Shown in pieces: positions 39,550-49,817 of a stretch of DNA of 64,000 nt (its first letter is position 1; each line of letters starts with the position of its first letter). A program made the translations under genes and the position numbers. The stretch spans positions 64,001 through 128,000 of IMG/VR virus record IMGVR_UViG_3300020473_000020, one strand, 5' to 3'. Under the pieces are notes generated by a model. The model searched no databases. It was given only the letters and a program-made list of their open reading frames with translations, and was not told where the DNA came from. This DNA comes from a virus.

Positions 39550-40014
39550 ATGACCCGCACCACGCACTTAAACGAAGGTGTCAACGGTTATGCTGCATTA
39601 AAGCTGATGCCCGAGGACGCGAAGGTTGTAACTGAGCGTCTTCAAGCACTGGGCGTCAAAGATGCGATCTCCGCTGACAAGCTACACCTAACGCTTTTAT
39701 ACACTCATGCCGATGTTGAGGAAAAGCCTGCGCTCGCGCCAGAGGCCATCCACCTAGCATTTGCAAAGGGAGAAGCCCGTATTATGGGTAACCCCCCGTA
39801 TAAAGCCCTAGTACTTGAACTAGATGCACATTCAGCCGTACAGCGTAACCACGAGCTTTGTACAATACTTGGCGTGGAGCATAGTCATGCTGAATACATC
39901 CCGCATCTTAGTCTCAAATATGGAGCAACCGCAGGCGATTTAGATAGAGTCGCCGATGCCTTTGATGGCATGGCTTTGCGGTTCTCAGGTGAATACATCG
40001 AAGACACAAATTAA
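39550..40014 (+). CDS. 2H phosphoesterase, Acb1/T4 gp57B-like (putative anti-CBASS)
   Basis: Two HxT/S motifs, KLHLTLLY and YIPHLSLKY; N-terminal GYAALK; 154 aa. Confidence 0.78.
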   Translation: MTRTTHLNEGVNGYAALKLMPEDAKVVTERLQALGVKDAISADKLHLTLLYTHADVEEKPALAPEAIHLAFAKGEARIMGNPPYKALVLELDAHSAVQRNHELCTILGVEHSHAEYIPHLSLKYGATAGDLDRVADAFDGMALRFSGEYIEDTN

Positions 40015-40041
40015 GCCTTAAAATTTAGTATCAACGCCAGT

Positions 40042-40072
40042 AATGGGCATCCCGAAGGGGTTGCCCATTTTT
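40042..40072 (+). terminator. Terminator
   Basis: AATGGGCA.CCC-GAA-GGG.TGCCCATT plus T-run. Confidence 0.7.
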
Positions 40073-40204
40073 TGTTGTTCAGCCCTGAAAACAATGCGGG
40101 TAGCGCGCCAAAACGTTTGCGACGCAGCGTAAGTCTGGTACACTGTCCCAGCCTGCGGTCTTTTAAATTATGACCGCTATAAGTTGATACTAGAGAAAAT
40201 TAAT

Positions 40205-42466
40205 ATGAAACTAAAATCCTTATTCTTAGAAGGGTTCAAAGTCTTTGCAGAGCCACAGACCTTTGACTTCACAGAGTACCCAGAGGACGGTCTTTGTTTC
40301 GTTACAGGTAAGAACGAAGTAGACCCAGAGCTAGGTGCCAACGGCGTTGGTAAATCTAGTGTATTTGATGGATTATGCGTAGCGCTCTACGGTAAGACCT
40401 CACGCGGCCTAAAAGCAGGGGATGTTGCTAGCTGGCAAGTGGCACATGACCTTGAGGACAAAGCAGTCGAGGCTGAGAAAGCTGGTAAGAAGCGCCCAAG
40501 TCAGAAGGCATTAACGCCAAGCGTAACAAACCGTGTGGTTTTCGAAAACTACAACGGCGACCTTTGTACAATAAATCGTCGCTGGAATCCTAATGTACTG
40601 ACCTTGCAGATCAATGATAAGAAGCCAAAGAACGTCGACCAAAAAGAGCTTGATGCACTAATTGGTTACAACTTCGATGAGTTTCTTCAAGCAGCCTACT
40701 TCTCTCAGTTCCAAGATCTCTTCTTGGATATGTCGAGTACTGAGCGTTCAGCCCTAATCGCAAAAGTTCTTAATCTAGATGTTTGGGATAAGTACTCCGA
40801 AGAAGCGAAAAGGGATGCAGATGGCATCAAAAAGCAAGTTGACGAAGGCCGTAGTGGTATTGAGCGCATTAAGGGTCAAATAGAGGAACTTGAAGGTCAG
40901 GATTTCTCTGAACAGATACAGGAATGGGAAGCCGAGCACAAAGCTGAGCTGGAAGGCTTAAAGGCTGACCTCGCTGACCATGAAGGTCAGGAAGATGCGA
41001 TTAAGGCCGCCATCGAAAAGGCTACCAAGACTGTCGAAAAGGCTCGTGTAGAGCTTGAAAAGCAGCAGCTTGAAGTCGAAGACCGCGTTGCTCAAGAAAC
41101 CCAGCCGATTCGGGCTGAGCGCGCAGACGCATTGGCTAAACTTGAGCTGGTTCTCGATAATGCTAATAATGCGCTAACTGACCTAGAAGACGATGAATCG
41201 GCTATCAATGAGCCAGAGGGCATGGCAGAGCTTGAGGATAATATCGCGTCCCTTGAGAAGCAGGTTATAAAGCACGAGAGCACCTACGACCGTAATGAGG
41301 ATGATATTCAGGCTCTAGAGAAAAAAGAAGCGAAGGTTAAGAAGCTTGAAGGCGACTGCTCAGCTTGTGGCCAAGCGATTACCGAAGAACATGTAGATCA
41401 TGAGCTAGAGCATCTAGAAAAGCAAATTATAGACTTAGAAGATGCTAACGAAGCCATCAACGAAAAAATTCGAAAGGCGAACCGTGAGCTACGCGTGGCC
41501 AAGAAAGAGCTGAAAGGTCTTAAAGACAGCATCAAAGAAAGTGCTGACGCTCATAAGGCTAAAATGCGTAAGGCTCGTGAAGAAGTTAAGGCTGCTAATG
41601 ACGATATTAAAGCTAAACAGCGCGAGTTTGATACGCGTATAACTAAAGCTGAGCAAGAAGCACGTAAGGCGTCACAAGAGGTTTTATCAGGTCTCAACAG
41701 TCGCGTCACAGAGGCTGAGAAGGCTTTAACAGAGGCAAACGCATCCGAGAAGTCGTGGAAACGCATCCGAAATGACTTGCGTGACGATGTCTTAGACTGT
41801 GAAGAGGCCGTAAACCCACATAAAGCCCAGCAGGAAAAGAATAAGAAGCGCTTGGCCTCGTTGAACACAGAACGCGAGACGGCGTTTTCTGAACTAGAAA
41901 AAGTAGTTGAAAGCGAAATGGCCAGCCGTTATTGGGTAAAGGGCTTTAAGAGTGTGAAGCTGTTTGCTGTCAGCTCGGCGCTTAACGAACTTGAGGCCGA
42001 GGTTAACAGTGCACTAGACGGCCTAGGCTTGGGTGGATGGTCAGTCGAGTTCGACGTAGACAAAGAGACGAAGAAGGGCACCCTTTCAAAGGGCTTTTTC
42101 GCCTTTATTAATAGCGCCGACAACCTAGAGCCTGTGAAGTGGGAAGCTTGGTCTGGTGGTGAGTCTCAGCGTTTAAGACTTGCGGCCAGTTTAGGACTAG
42201 CTAACATGATCCGTGCTTCAAAGGGTTTAGAGTTACCGTTTGAGATATGGGATGAGCCGAGCCAATGGATGTCAGATAGTGGTATCACTGGTCTTCTCGA
42301 CGTTCTACAGCGACGTGCTCGCCGCTTAAAGCGTCAGATTTGGTTAATTGACCACCGAGGGTTGGAGCATCCGTTTGATGCTGCTATCGAAATCACGAAG
42401 ACGTATGAAGGGAGCACTATAAAGAATGTATCACAATCATTCAGTGGCGTCGGCACTCGTTACTAG
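40205..42466 (+). CDS. sbcC: SbcC/Rad50-like (gp46) ATPase
   Basis: GANGVGKSS, Q-loop FSQ, coiled coil with CSAC zinc hook, signature WSGGESQR, Walker B IWDEP, H-loop IDH. Confidence 0.92.
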   Translation: MKLKSLFLEGFKVFAEPQTFDFTEYPEDGLCFVTGKNEVDPELGANGVGKSSVFDGLCVALYGKTSRGLKAGDVASWQVAHDLEDKAVEAEKAGKKRPSQKALTPSVTNRVVFENYNGDLCTINRRWNPNVLTLQINDKKPKNVDQKELDALIGYNFDEFLQAAYFSQFQDLFLDMSSTERSALIAKVLNLDVWDKYSEEAKRDADGIKKQVDEGRSGIERIKGQIEELEGQDFSEQIQEWEAEHKAELEGLKADLADHEGQEDAIKAAIEKATKTVEKARVELEKQQLEVEDRVAQETQPIRAERADALAKLELVLDNANNALTDLEDDESAINEPEGMAELEDNIASLEKQVIKHESTYDRNEDDIQALEKKEAKVKKLEGDCSACGQAITEEHVDHELEHLEKQIIDLEDANEAINEKIRKANRELRVAKKELKGLKDSIKESADAHKAKMRKAREEVKAANDDIKAKQREFDTRITKAEQEARKASQEVLSGLNSRVTEAEKALTEANASEKSWKRIRNDLRDDVLDCEEAVNPHKAQQEKNKKRLASLNTERETAFSELEKVVESEMASRYWVKGFKSVKLFAVSSALNELEAEVNSALDGLGLGGWSVEFDVDKETKKGTLSKGFFAFINSADNLEPVKWEAWSGGESQRLRLAASLGLANMIRASKGLELPFEIWDEPSQWMSDSGITGLLDVLQRRARRLKRQIWLIDHRGLEHPFDAAIEITKTYEGSTIKNVSQSFSGVGTRY

Positions 42467-43244
42467 TGATGAAGACCTAGAGGCGACCATTGTGTCGCTT
42501 CTAGACCAGATCACAGAGTACAAACGTGAGTACGAACGTTTAGACAAGAAAAGCATTCAGGCTGGTGATGATCTTGCCGAACGCTACCCAGTGTACAATG
42601 ACTTGTACACGGCTGCGGCTGCAAATTTTAATAGGGTTGCGGCTGACCTTGAGAAATTATCACGAGCAGATGAGGGAACTCTTGATAGAGCTGGCAGTGG
42701 TCAAGACCACGAAAAGGCGAGCAACGACGATGTAGAGGGTTCTACTTGCCATGACCTTTCAGGAAAGGGCGATGATGCACCTATTTCAGTTAACAAGCTC
42801 TACCGCCGAATAGCCCAATTAGCACACCCCGATAAGACAAAAGACACGAAACTTCATGCACTGTTCTTAAAAGCAAAGGACGCAAGGAAGACTAAGTCGC
42901 TATCAGAGCTTATTAGCATACTGGCTACCATCACGGGTGAAGACTCCATCGACAACTCTTCGATTATAAGTGAAGCTGACCTACGATCTGAGCACTTGGC
43001 TCGTATTGCATCCCTAAGACGAGAGCTTGAAATGGTACAGATGCAGTATAACCAGCTACGTAGCTCACCCATGGCCAAAATGGTTGAGTTGCTATCCACT
43101 GGGAGTGTCATAGCACGCTCTAAAGCCGAATTAATGTATAAGACTAGTATACTTGACAGAGCTAAACAGTTAGAGACGCGAGCGGCAGGTATGATGCAAG
43201 ATATTGCGTTTAAAGAAGCGCTACGTAAGGATAGTGCGGTCTAA
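42426..43244 (+). CDS. J-domain (DnaJ-like) protein
   Basis: KLYRRIAQLAHPDK...LFLKAKDA flanked by coiled coils. Confidence 0.75.
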   Translation: MYHNHSVASALVTSDEDLEATIVSLLDQITEYKREYERLDKKSIQAGDDLAERYPVYNDLYTAAAANFNRVAADLEKLSRADEGTLDRAGSGQDHEKASNDDVEGSTCHDLSGKGDDAPISVNKLYRRIAQLAHPDKTKDTKLHALFLKAKDARKTKSLSELISILATITGEDSIDNSSIISEADLRSEHLARIASLRRELEMVQMQYNQLRSSPMAKMVELLSTGSVIARSKAELMYKTSILDRAKQLETRAAGMMQDIAFKEALRKDSAV

Positions 43245-43283
43245 CAAGACCGCACATTGCGTATAAGCGATGGTCGCGGTTAA

Positions 43284-43754
43284 TTAAGCTTTTTCGTCAG
43301 CCGCATTAGCCTCGGCATCCTTAACGGCCTGCTCAAGCATTTCATCAAAGTTGACAGGGGCTAATAGCATTTGCGGGAAGCCACCATGAAGTGCCAGCTG
43401 CGAAATCTGATGACGTGCGTAAGGGTAAAGCTGTGAAGGGCAGTGTGACCCAAGTAAGCCCACGAGTTCTTGCTCATTATAGCCTGCAATGTCAAAGATA
43501 CCTGCTTGTTCAACACTAGCAGTGAACAACACCTTTTCTTTATCGTCAATATCTGTAACTTTTGCGAGCACTTCTACGACAACCTCATAGGTCGTATCAC
43601 TGAGCTTATCAGCACGCGTTTTTAAGTCGATCTCAATAGCAGGTTTCCATTCATCTAAGAACACGGCTGGCGTGTTTTCAGTCGTGAAGTTAGTGCTTTT
43701 AAAGTAGATCTTCTGTAGCTCAAACTTATATTCAATTTGTTCATTGTCAGACAT
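43284..43754 (-). CDS. secB: Protein-export chaperone SecB
   Basis: LQKIYFK, WKP, YEVVV, VEQAGIF, CPSQLYPYAR, GGFPQMLLAPVNFD. Confidence 0.93.
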   Translation of the reverse strand: MSDNEQIEYKFELQKIYFKSTNFTTENTPAVFLDEWKPAIEIDLKTRADKLSDTTYEVVVEVLAKVTDIDDKEKVLFTASVEQAGIFDIAGYNEQELVGLLGSHCPSQLYPYARHQISQLALHGGFPQMLLAPVNFDEMLEQAVKDAEANAADEKA

Positions 43755-43771
43755 TTTATTCTCTCTTGTGT

Positions 43772-44047
43772 TTAGGGTTGGTTTCGTTCGTACAGAGCGC
43801 CTAAGCAGGCTTCTCTAATCGCATTAAGCTCTTGCGTAAAGTTCAAGCGCATGTCCTTATCGTCACCTGCAAGGTCAAGCGCAGTCTGGCTTGAGGTCGC
43901 TAAGGCAACTTCACGCTCAAAGCCTTCGAGGGGTTTACCCTCAAGTACGTAGTTCTCAAGCTCCATGGTGATAGCTTGTCCAAATATCGAAAGATTAGGC
44001 TTAACTCGGGCAAGTCGTTGTTCGAGTCTTTCTGTTAGATTGCTCAT
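43772..44047 (-). CDS. Hypothetical protein
   Basis: Overlapping start/stop with its neighbour. Confidence 0.65.
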   Translation of the reverse strand: MSNLTERLEQRLARVKPNLSIFGQAITMELENYVLEGKPLEGFEREVALATSSQTALDLAGDDKDMRLNFTQELNAIREACLGALYERNQP

Positions 44048-44316
44048 GTTGCTACCCCATAAAGAAGCAGCTGGCCTTGAGCGTCTATACGTAAGTCTAA
44101 AGAATCACGGCGCGCTAGTTCCTGCTCGGTTAGCGTACGCTGTAATTCCAGACTATGGGGTGCAGCTTCGGGTATCATTTCAATATTATCTAGTATACTT
44201 AGTAGGTCTTTTACCGCGCTACGAAGTAAGGTGACTTCACTTTCTAAACATTGTTGGTTGTTAGCAGCGAAAGCTAGCTCTTGCTGAGAGACCTTAGTCA
44301 TAAAAGTGCTCTCCAT
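44044..44316 (-). CDS. Hypothetical protein
   Basis: Packed in the minus-strand operon. Confidence 0.6.
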   Translation of the reverse strand: MESTFMTKVSQQELAFAANNQQCLESEVTLLRSAVKDLLSILDNIEMIPEAAPHSLELQRTLTEQELARRDSLDLRIDAQGQLLLYGVAT

Positions 44317-45085
44317 GGAATTTAACTAATTTTTCTTCAAAGGTTGCCCAAAGGTTCTTGTCCCAAAGGTCGACCTCAAATACTTGAGGCTTGCCCGTCA
44401 TAACTGCCATCGCGATAACACCATGACGGATATTAGTTCCGTGTAATTCGTTATGTGCAAGCGCATAAAAAAGAAGCTGCACGAAGTAGTCGCCAATGTC
44501 CTCACGCTTTTTTGGGTTCCGTGAGGTTTTGTAATCCAGAATGACGGGTTTGCCTTTCCACACGCCTACAACGTCTGTTCTACCTGCGATACGCAATGAC
44601 TCGCTATAGAGTGGCACCTCAAGCGCCCACGTTTCTTCGAAGTTACCTTCAAGCTCGTGGCACAATTCTTTAACTGCACGTTTTGCCAGCGGGTGGAGCT
44701 TATCAGGATTGATAGTCTCGTGTTTTAGATAGGCTTCCATAGTGTCATGCACTAAGGTTCCGTAGATGCCAGATTCTTCAAGAGTAGCTTGCGCCTGTTC
44801 TTCGCCTACGGCATCCCGCCATTCTTGTAATATTTTTGCCTTACTCTCATCTTGAGTCTTACTAAGCATGGTAGTGATCGAAGCAAAGCGCCCCGCAGGT
44901 GTTTTGTAGACACGACCAGTTGGCGATGTCTTGGCTTCGAGTTCAGTGTATGTATATCGTTGTACAATAGGTGGCGGTTTCGGTAGTACGTACGCGCGTG
45001 CTTTATCACGTGTAGAACGTCTAAACCGCGCACGCTTCGCTTTATCTTCCACGTCGGCTATCTCAAGTCTCAATTTGTTGCACAT
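44294..45085 (-). CDS. PD-(D/E)XK exonuclease (Cas4/lambda-exo-like phage exonuclease)
   Basis: ASITTML, GTLVH, EVPLYS...AGRTD, ILDYKTS, QLLFYA. Confidence 0.85.
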   Translation of the reverse strand: MCNKLRLEIADVEDKAKRARFRRSTRDKARAYVLPKPPPIVQRYTYTELEAKTSPTGRVYKTPAGRFASITTMLSKTQDESKAKILQEWRDAVGEEQAQATLEESGIYGTLVHDTMEAYLKHETINPDKLHPLAKRAVKELCHELEGNFEETWALEVPLYSESLRIAGRTDVVGVWKGKPVILDYKTSRNPKKREDIGDYFVQLLFYALAHNELHGTNIRHGVIAMAVMTGKPQVFEVDLWDKNLWATFEEKLVKFHGEHFYD

Positions 45086-45183
45086 ATTAGCTGAGACCCA
45101 TTGAATAATCTAGTCATTGGTGCTGGAAACCAATAAGCCCTTTATGCAATAATCGCTGCGTAACAAGACGATGAGACAATGAA

Positions 45184-45720
45184 ATGGATAATGGTAACGT
45201 GATGCCCGTCGAGGGCGCGCCTGAAAGTCAAACACGTGCGACGATGAAAGAAGCTTTAGAACTCATAAGGGGTGCAGATATTAGTGGTAAGGCTGAACGC
45301 TTTATGATGGCTCAGCAACCGAGGGATCTATACCAACTGGCTAAGTCCATTGTGGACAATCATAGCCAAGCCGTTGATACGGCGACACGTGATTACGTTC
45401 GAAAATACGCACCTGAGCATTGTACAACGGTGAATGACACCGAAGCCGTACTAGACGCGGTGGCTGAGAGTATTGAGTACTCTTGGATTACAGGTAAGGT
45501 CGATGATCCTATCCCTAAGTGCCATGTCAGATCGCATCTAAACCCTAACTGGGAACCGCTATATTTATTCGGTATACAAATGTTGCCGATAGAGCATGCA
45601 GTCGAGCATGGACTCTCACCCTATACTGTAGAGGACATACCCGCATATAAGGAGCGCCACGGCAATCTGACCCTTTGTCTATATTGCGATAGCCTAGTAG
45701 AAAGTCCAAAGCTTCATTAA
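45184..45720 (+). CDS. Hypothetical protein
   Basis: 178-aa ORF. Confidence 0.6.
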   Translation: MDNGNVMPVEGAPESQTRATMKEALELIRGADISGKAERFMMAQQPRDLYQLAKSIVDNHSQAVDTATRDYVRKYAPEHCTTVNDTEAVLDAVAESIEYSWITGKVDDPIPKCHVRSHLNPNWEPLYLFGIQMLPIEHAVEHGLSPYTVEDIPAYKERHGNLTLCLYCDSLVESPKLH

Positions 45721-45766
45721 AGTGTTGTACAATGTTTAGGTCGAGACACTGAGATATTGAGGCCAT

Positions 45767-46201
45767 TTGATTATGCTAGATAAAACACCACGTTGCCCAC
45801 ATTGCCAAAACTTAACAGTTATAGGTACCGTGGCAGGAAAAGCCGTAGCCGTATGTACTTATTGTGATAATGGGTTTGCTGTCGCTCATAGTGACTACGC
45901 GTCATTGTTGCAGTTACCAGCACAGCAAATAACGCGTACGCAGTTGGATAAGGCAATAGCCCAAGGGCTTGAGCATATACAATCGGCTACGCAGAAGAAG
46001 CAGGATGAGGTTATAGCTGCCGAAGCTGCGTTAAATGAGACAATTGAAGACCGCACAGATGAGGAAAATCAGACGGCGGCTAATCTGCATTCTCAGCGTA
46101 TGATGTACGCAGGTGTTATACAGGGTGCAGCTTCTTACCGAAACGTCTTAGCGACGCTTGTAGGACTCCCTAATACCACTCTTGCGGCACAACCTGAGTA
46201 G
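45767..46201 (+). CDS. Hypothetical zinc-ribbon protein
   Basis: CPHC...CTYC; GAGG RBS. Confidence 0.6.
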   Translation: MIMLDKTPRCPHCQNLTVIGTVAGKAVAVCTYCDNGFAVAHSDYASLLQLPAQQITRTQLDKAIAQGLEHIQSATQKKQDEVIAAEAALNETIEDRTDEENQTAANLHSQRMMYAGVIQGAASYRNVLATLVGLPNTTLAAQPE

Positions 46202-46403
46202 CTGAAACCCCCTAGATAAGAGCCTATTGCGAAAAGACCCTGCCAGTGGTAAGGTCTTGCAGCGTAGGCTTTTTCTTTCATTTAAGTCTTGACTAAACCA
46301 TTCGAAAAAGTAAAACTACGCCCCACGAATCGAATCAGCTATAGAGAGCTGAATAATTCGTCAGATTCTTATATTGATACTAAAGATAAAAAGGAAGCGT
46401 TCA

Positions 46404-48560
46404 ATGCTTGTACTTAAACGCGATGGTTCTAAAGAACCGTTTGACCTTGCTAAAATTAAGCAGGTTATCGGCTGGGCTAGTCAAGGTTTAGAAGTAAACC
46501 CATTACAGCTTGAGTCTAAAATCTCTGCTATTTTCAATGATGGTGTTGAAACCGATGCTATCCAAGAAAACCTAACCTATGCAGCCCTATCTATGACGAC
46601 GGCCGAAGAGCCTCATTGGTCATACGTAGCAGGCCGTTTACTTATGATGCGTCACTGGAAAGAGACTGACGAGACGCGACAAGGTCAAGGTTTCGCGAAA
46701 TTCGTACGTACTCAGGTGGAAAAAGGTCTTTACTCTACGGCCATCCTTGATAACTACACCGACGACGAGCTTAACACAGCAGGCCGTCTATTAGCCCCAG
46801 AGCGTGACCTTGACTACGACTTTGCAGGTGCCGATAAATTAATCAAAGGCTACCTAGTTAAGAACGAAACACCTCAAATTGCATACCTAATGTGTGCGCT
46901 ACTGATTAATTCAGCTGCTAAAGAGAAGTCTTTTGACTTTGTACAAGACCTGTACGACGGTCTTAGCCTTCGCCGCTTATCACTAGCTACACCATTCTTG
47001 CGTAACCTGCGCCGTCCAGAGGGCAACTTATCGAGCTGCTTTATTATCTCGATGAATGATGACCTTGACTCAATCTTTGATAATGTGAAGAACTTTGCGC
47101 GCATTTCTAAAGAAGGTGGCGGCTGTGGCGTATTGCTATCTAATATCCGCGCATCAGGCTCGTGGGTACGCGGTCGTAAAGACACGTCTAAGGGTGTTAT
47201 CCCAGTAGCTAAGCTATTCAATGACACAGCCACTTACGTTGACCAAGGCGGTACGCGCCAAGGTGCTGTAACACTGGCTTTAGACGTTTGGCATGCAGAC
47301 ATTCACGCGTTTTTAGAAATGCAAACAGAAGTTGGCGACCACCGTGCTAAGGCGTTCGATGTGTTCCCACAGGTTGTTATGCCTGACCACTTCTGGAACG
47401 TTGATAAAGAGAACGGCGACTGGCACTTATTCGACCCGTATGAGCTACGTACAAAGCTTGGCATCAACTTAGTTGATTGCTACGGCGACGAGTTCGTATC
47501 GCGTTATCAAGAAGCTGTGAAAGCCTACGAGAATGGTCAGCTTGAAATTGTTCACGTTGTTAAGGCTCGTGAGATCCTAAAAGACATCATTAAGCTGCAC
47601 GTTGAGTCGGGTCTACCATACCTTTTCAATAAGTGTACTGTTAACCGTCTTAATCCTAATAAACACGAAGGCATTATCCCATGTGGTAACCTTTGCGTTG
47701 AGTCATACTCAAACGTACTGGCAGATGAAGAAGCACACACGTGTAACCTGATCTCTGTTAACTTAGCGAATCAGCCTGACTTCTTCGCATTAGAAGTATC
47801 GTGTCGTACAGCTGTTCGTGCACTAGACTACGCGATTGACTTAACGACTACGCCTATCCGTGAATCAAACGTACATAATAACAAGTATCGCACCATTGGC
47901 GTAGGCGCTATGGGTCTAAACGATTTCTTAGCAGCACGTAATACAAACTACGAAGCTGGTATGGATCTGATTAATGAGCTGTTCGAAGAGTTCGCCTATG
48001 CGTGTATCTCTGAGAGTATCAAGTTATCAAGTGAGCTTGCACCATTCACAGCCTTCAAAGGTTCAATGTGGGACACTGGTGAGCGTATTGAAGAATTTGC
48101 TAAGCACTCATCAGACCCTGCTCGTTGGGAAGCTCTACAAGTAGACATCAACAAGCATGGTATTCGTAATAGCCAGATCATGGCAATTGCGCCGAATACA
48201 TCTAGCTCAGTGATCCATGGCTGTGTTGCATCAATCTTACCAGTATGGTCAGCGTTGTTCTACGATGAGAGTAACAACCGTGCAGTACCAATTGTGCCAC
48301 CATATCTGCAAGAGAACCCAATGGGCTACAAGCCTTATAAGCACTACTCTAAGATGACGATGAATGACATCGTATCGACGGTACAACGTTGGATTGATAC
48401 TGGTATTTCGTACGAAATGACGTTCGACTTAAACAACCAATCAGAAGATGCGTTTTACCGTTATCAAGCGCTACGTGATGCTTGGGAGAAGGGCATTAAG
48501 TGTATCTATTACACACGAAATGTAGACCTTGACTCTTCTTGCACAGCTTGTGCGAACTAA
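46404..48560 (+). CDS. nrdA: Class I ribonucleotide reductase alpha subunit with ATP cone
   Basis: VLKRDGSKEPF cone; LSSCF, GNLCVE, TCNL, IAPN, YYTR, C-terminal CTAC. Confidence 0.95.
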   Translation: MLVLKRDGSKEPFDLAKIKQVIGWASQGLEVNPLQLESKISAIFNDGVETDAIQENLTYAALSMTTAEEPHWSYVAGRLLMMRHWKETDETRQGQGFAKFVRTQVEKGLYSTAILDNYTDDELNTAGRLLAPERDLDYDFAGADKLIKGYLVKNETPQIAYLMCALLINSAAKEKSFDFVQDLYDGLSLRRLSLATPFLRNLRRPEGNLSSCFIISMNDDLDSIFDNVKNFARISKEGGGCGVLLSNIRASGSWVRGRKDTSKGVIPVAKLFNDTATYVDQGGTRQGAVTLALDVWHADIHAFLEMQTEVGDHRAKAFDVFPQVVMPDHFWNVDKENGDWHLFDPYELRTKLGINLVDCYGDEFVSRYQEAVKAYENGQLEIVHVVKAREILKDIIKLHVESGLPYLFNKCTVNRLNPNKHEGIIPCGNLCVESYSNVLADEEAHTCNLISVNLANQPDFFALEVSCRTAVRALDYAIDLTTTPIRESNVHNNKYRTIGVGAMGLNDFLAARNTNYEAGMDLINELFEEFAYACISESIKLSSELAPFTAFKGSMWDTGERIEEFAKHSSDPARWEALQVDINKHGIRNSQIMAIAPNTSSSVIHGCVASILPVWSALFYDESNNRAVPIVPPYLQENPMGYKPYKHYSKMTMNDIVSTVQRWIDTGISYEMTFDLNNQSEDAFYRYQALRDAWEKGIKCIYYTRNVDLDSSCTACAN

Positions 48561-48644
48561 GCGCTACCCAGCGATATAAAAAGGGGGCATAGCCCCCTTT
48601 TTAACCTAAGAATTATATTAATCGAGACTTTGAGAATAAAAAGC

Positions 48645-49757
48645 ATGAGCGAAAGTATTATTGACACAGTAGCCTTAAAAGAAGCAGAAGCATCAGCAGT
48701 GGCGTCACGCGGACTCGCACCAAGTGAAACACCCGTTGAAGAATTTAAAAAGGCAAGACTGTTCAACCCAGAGGGTACTGACGAACTAACCGAGCGTAAG
48801 CTTATAGGCGGTAACTCAACAAACCTAATTCAGCTAAATAACACGCGTTATAAGTGGGCGACTTCTCTTAAAAAGACGATGTACGCTAACTTCTGGATCC
48901 CAGAAAAGAACAGCCTTCAAAATGACCGTTTCGATCAACTTTCTGATGACCAAAAAGAGACGTTTACGGGGATCTTGAGCTTCCTGATCTTCTTAGACTC
49001 AATACAAACGGCGAACGTACCGAACATTGCTGACTACATCACAGCACCAGAAGTGAAGATGCTACTTGCAATCCAGACATTCCAAGAAGCCATTCATGCT
49101 GATTCGTACCAGTACATCATCGAGTCGGTTATCCCTCGTGACCTACGCGACGGTATCTATGATCGCTGGCGCGACGACAAGGTGTTATTTGAGCGTAACA
49201 AGCTCATCGCAGGTGAGTTCCAGTCATTCTTAGATAACCCGACGGAGCAAGGCTTTAAGCGAGTACTTATTGCAAACTACCTGCTTGAGGGGCTTTACTT
49301 CTATAATGGCTTCCAGTTCTTCTACCTACTAGCAGCACAAGGCGCAATGACTGGCGCTTCACGTATTATCAAGCTGATTAACAAAGATGAGCTAACGCAC
49401 GTAACGTTGTTCCGTAACATCATTCTGGACATCTTTACCGAAGATGACCACGAGTGGGTTGTCGAAATGACGAAGAAAGCCGTTGAGCAAGAAGTGACAT
49501 GGGCGCATCATATTATCGGTGACCGTATCTTAGGTATGGATAAAAAGTCATGTGAGCACTATACGAAACACTTGGCCAACCGTCGTTTAATTGGTATCAA
49601 GATTGACCCAATCTATGAGGGCGTGGATGAGAACCCATACCGCCACCTAGAGGAACGTGCTGACATGCACGGCGAGGGCAACGCAAAGGGTGGATTCTTT
49701 ACTGACAGCGCAGCCTATAACCAGTCAAACGCTGTAGGCGGTTTTGACAAGTTCTAA
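48645..49757 (+). CDS. nrdB: Ribonucleotide reductase beta subunit
   Basis: NFWIPE, LDSIQ, QEAIHADSY, LEGLYFYNGF, DELTH; metal ligands and radical Tyr present. Confidence 0.95.
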   Translation: MSESIIDTVALKEAEASAVASRGLAPSETPVEEFKKARLFNPEGTDELTERKLIGGNSTNLIQLNNTRYKWATSLKKTMYANFWIPEKNSLQNDRFDQLSDDQKETFTGILSFLIFLDSIQTANVPNIADYITAPEVKMLLAIQTFQEAIHADSYQYIIESVIPRDLRDGIYDRWRDDKVLFERNKLIAGEFQSFLDNPTEQGFKRVLIANYLLEGLYFYNGFQFFYLLAAQGAMTGASRIIKLINKDELTHVTLFRNIILDIFTEDDHEWVVEMTKKAVEQEVTWAHHIIGDRILGMDKKSCEHYTKHLANRRLIGIKIDPIYEGVDENPYRHLEERADMHGEGNAKGGFFTDSAAYNQSNAVGGFDKF

Positions 49758-49817
49758 GCCAGCAACTCCAAATATAAGCCAGCGCCTTGCTGGCTTTTTT
49801 CGTTAAGGAATTTCAAT

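Noticed and set aside
44294-45085. Cas4 / CRISPR adaptation gene
   Set aside because: Lacks the Fe-S cysteine set and any CRISPR context; looks like an ordinary phage PD-(D/E)XK exonuclease.
48645-49757. Metal-free class Ie or Tyr-less class Ic RNR beta subunit
   Set aside because: All usual carboxylate/His ligands and the radical Tyr (EAIHADSY) are present, so this is a conventional class I beta subunit.
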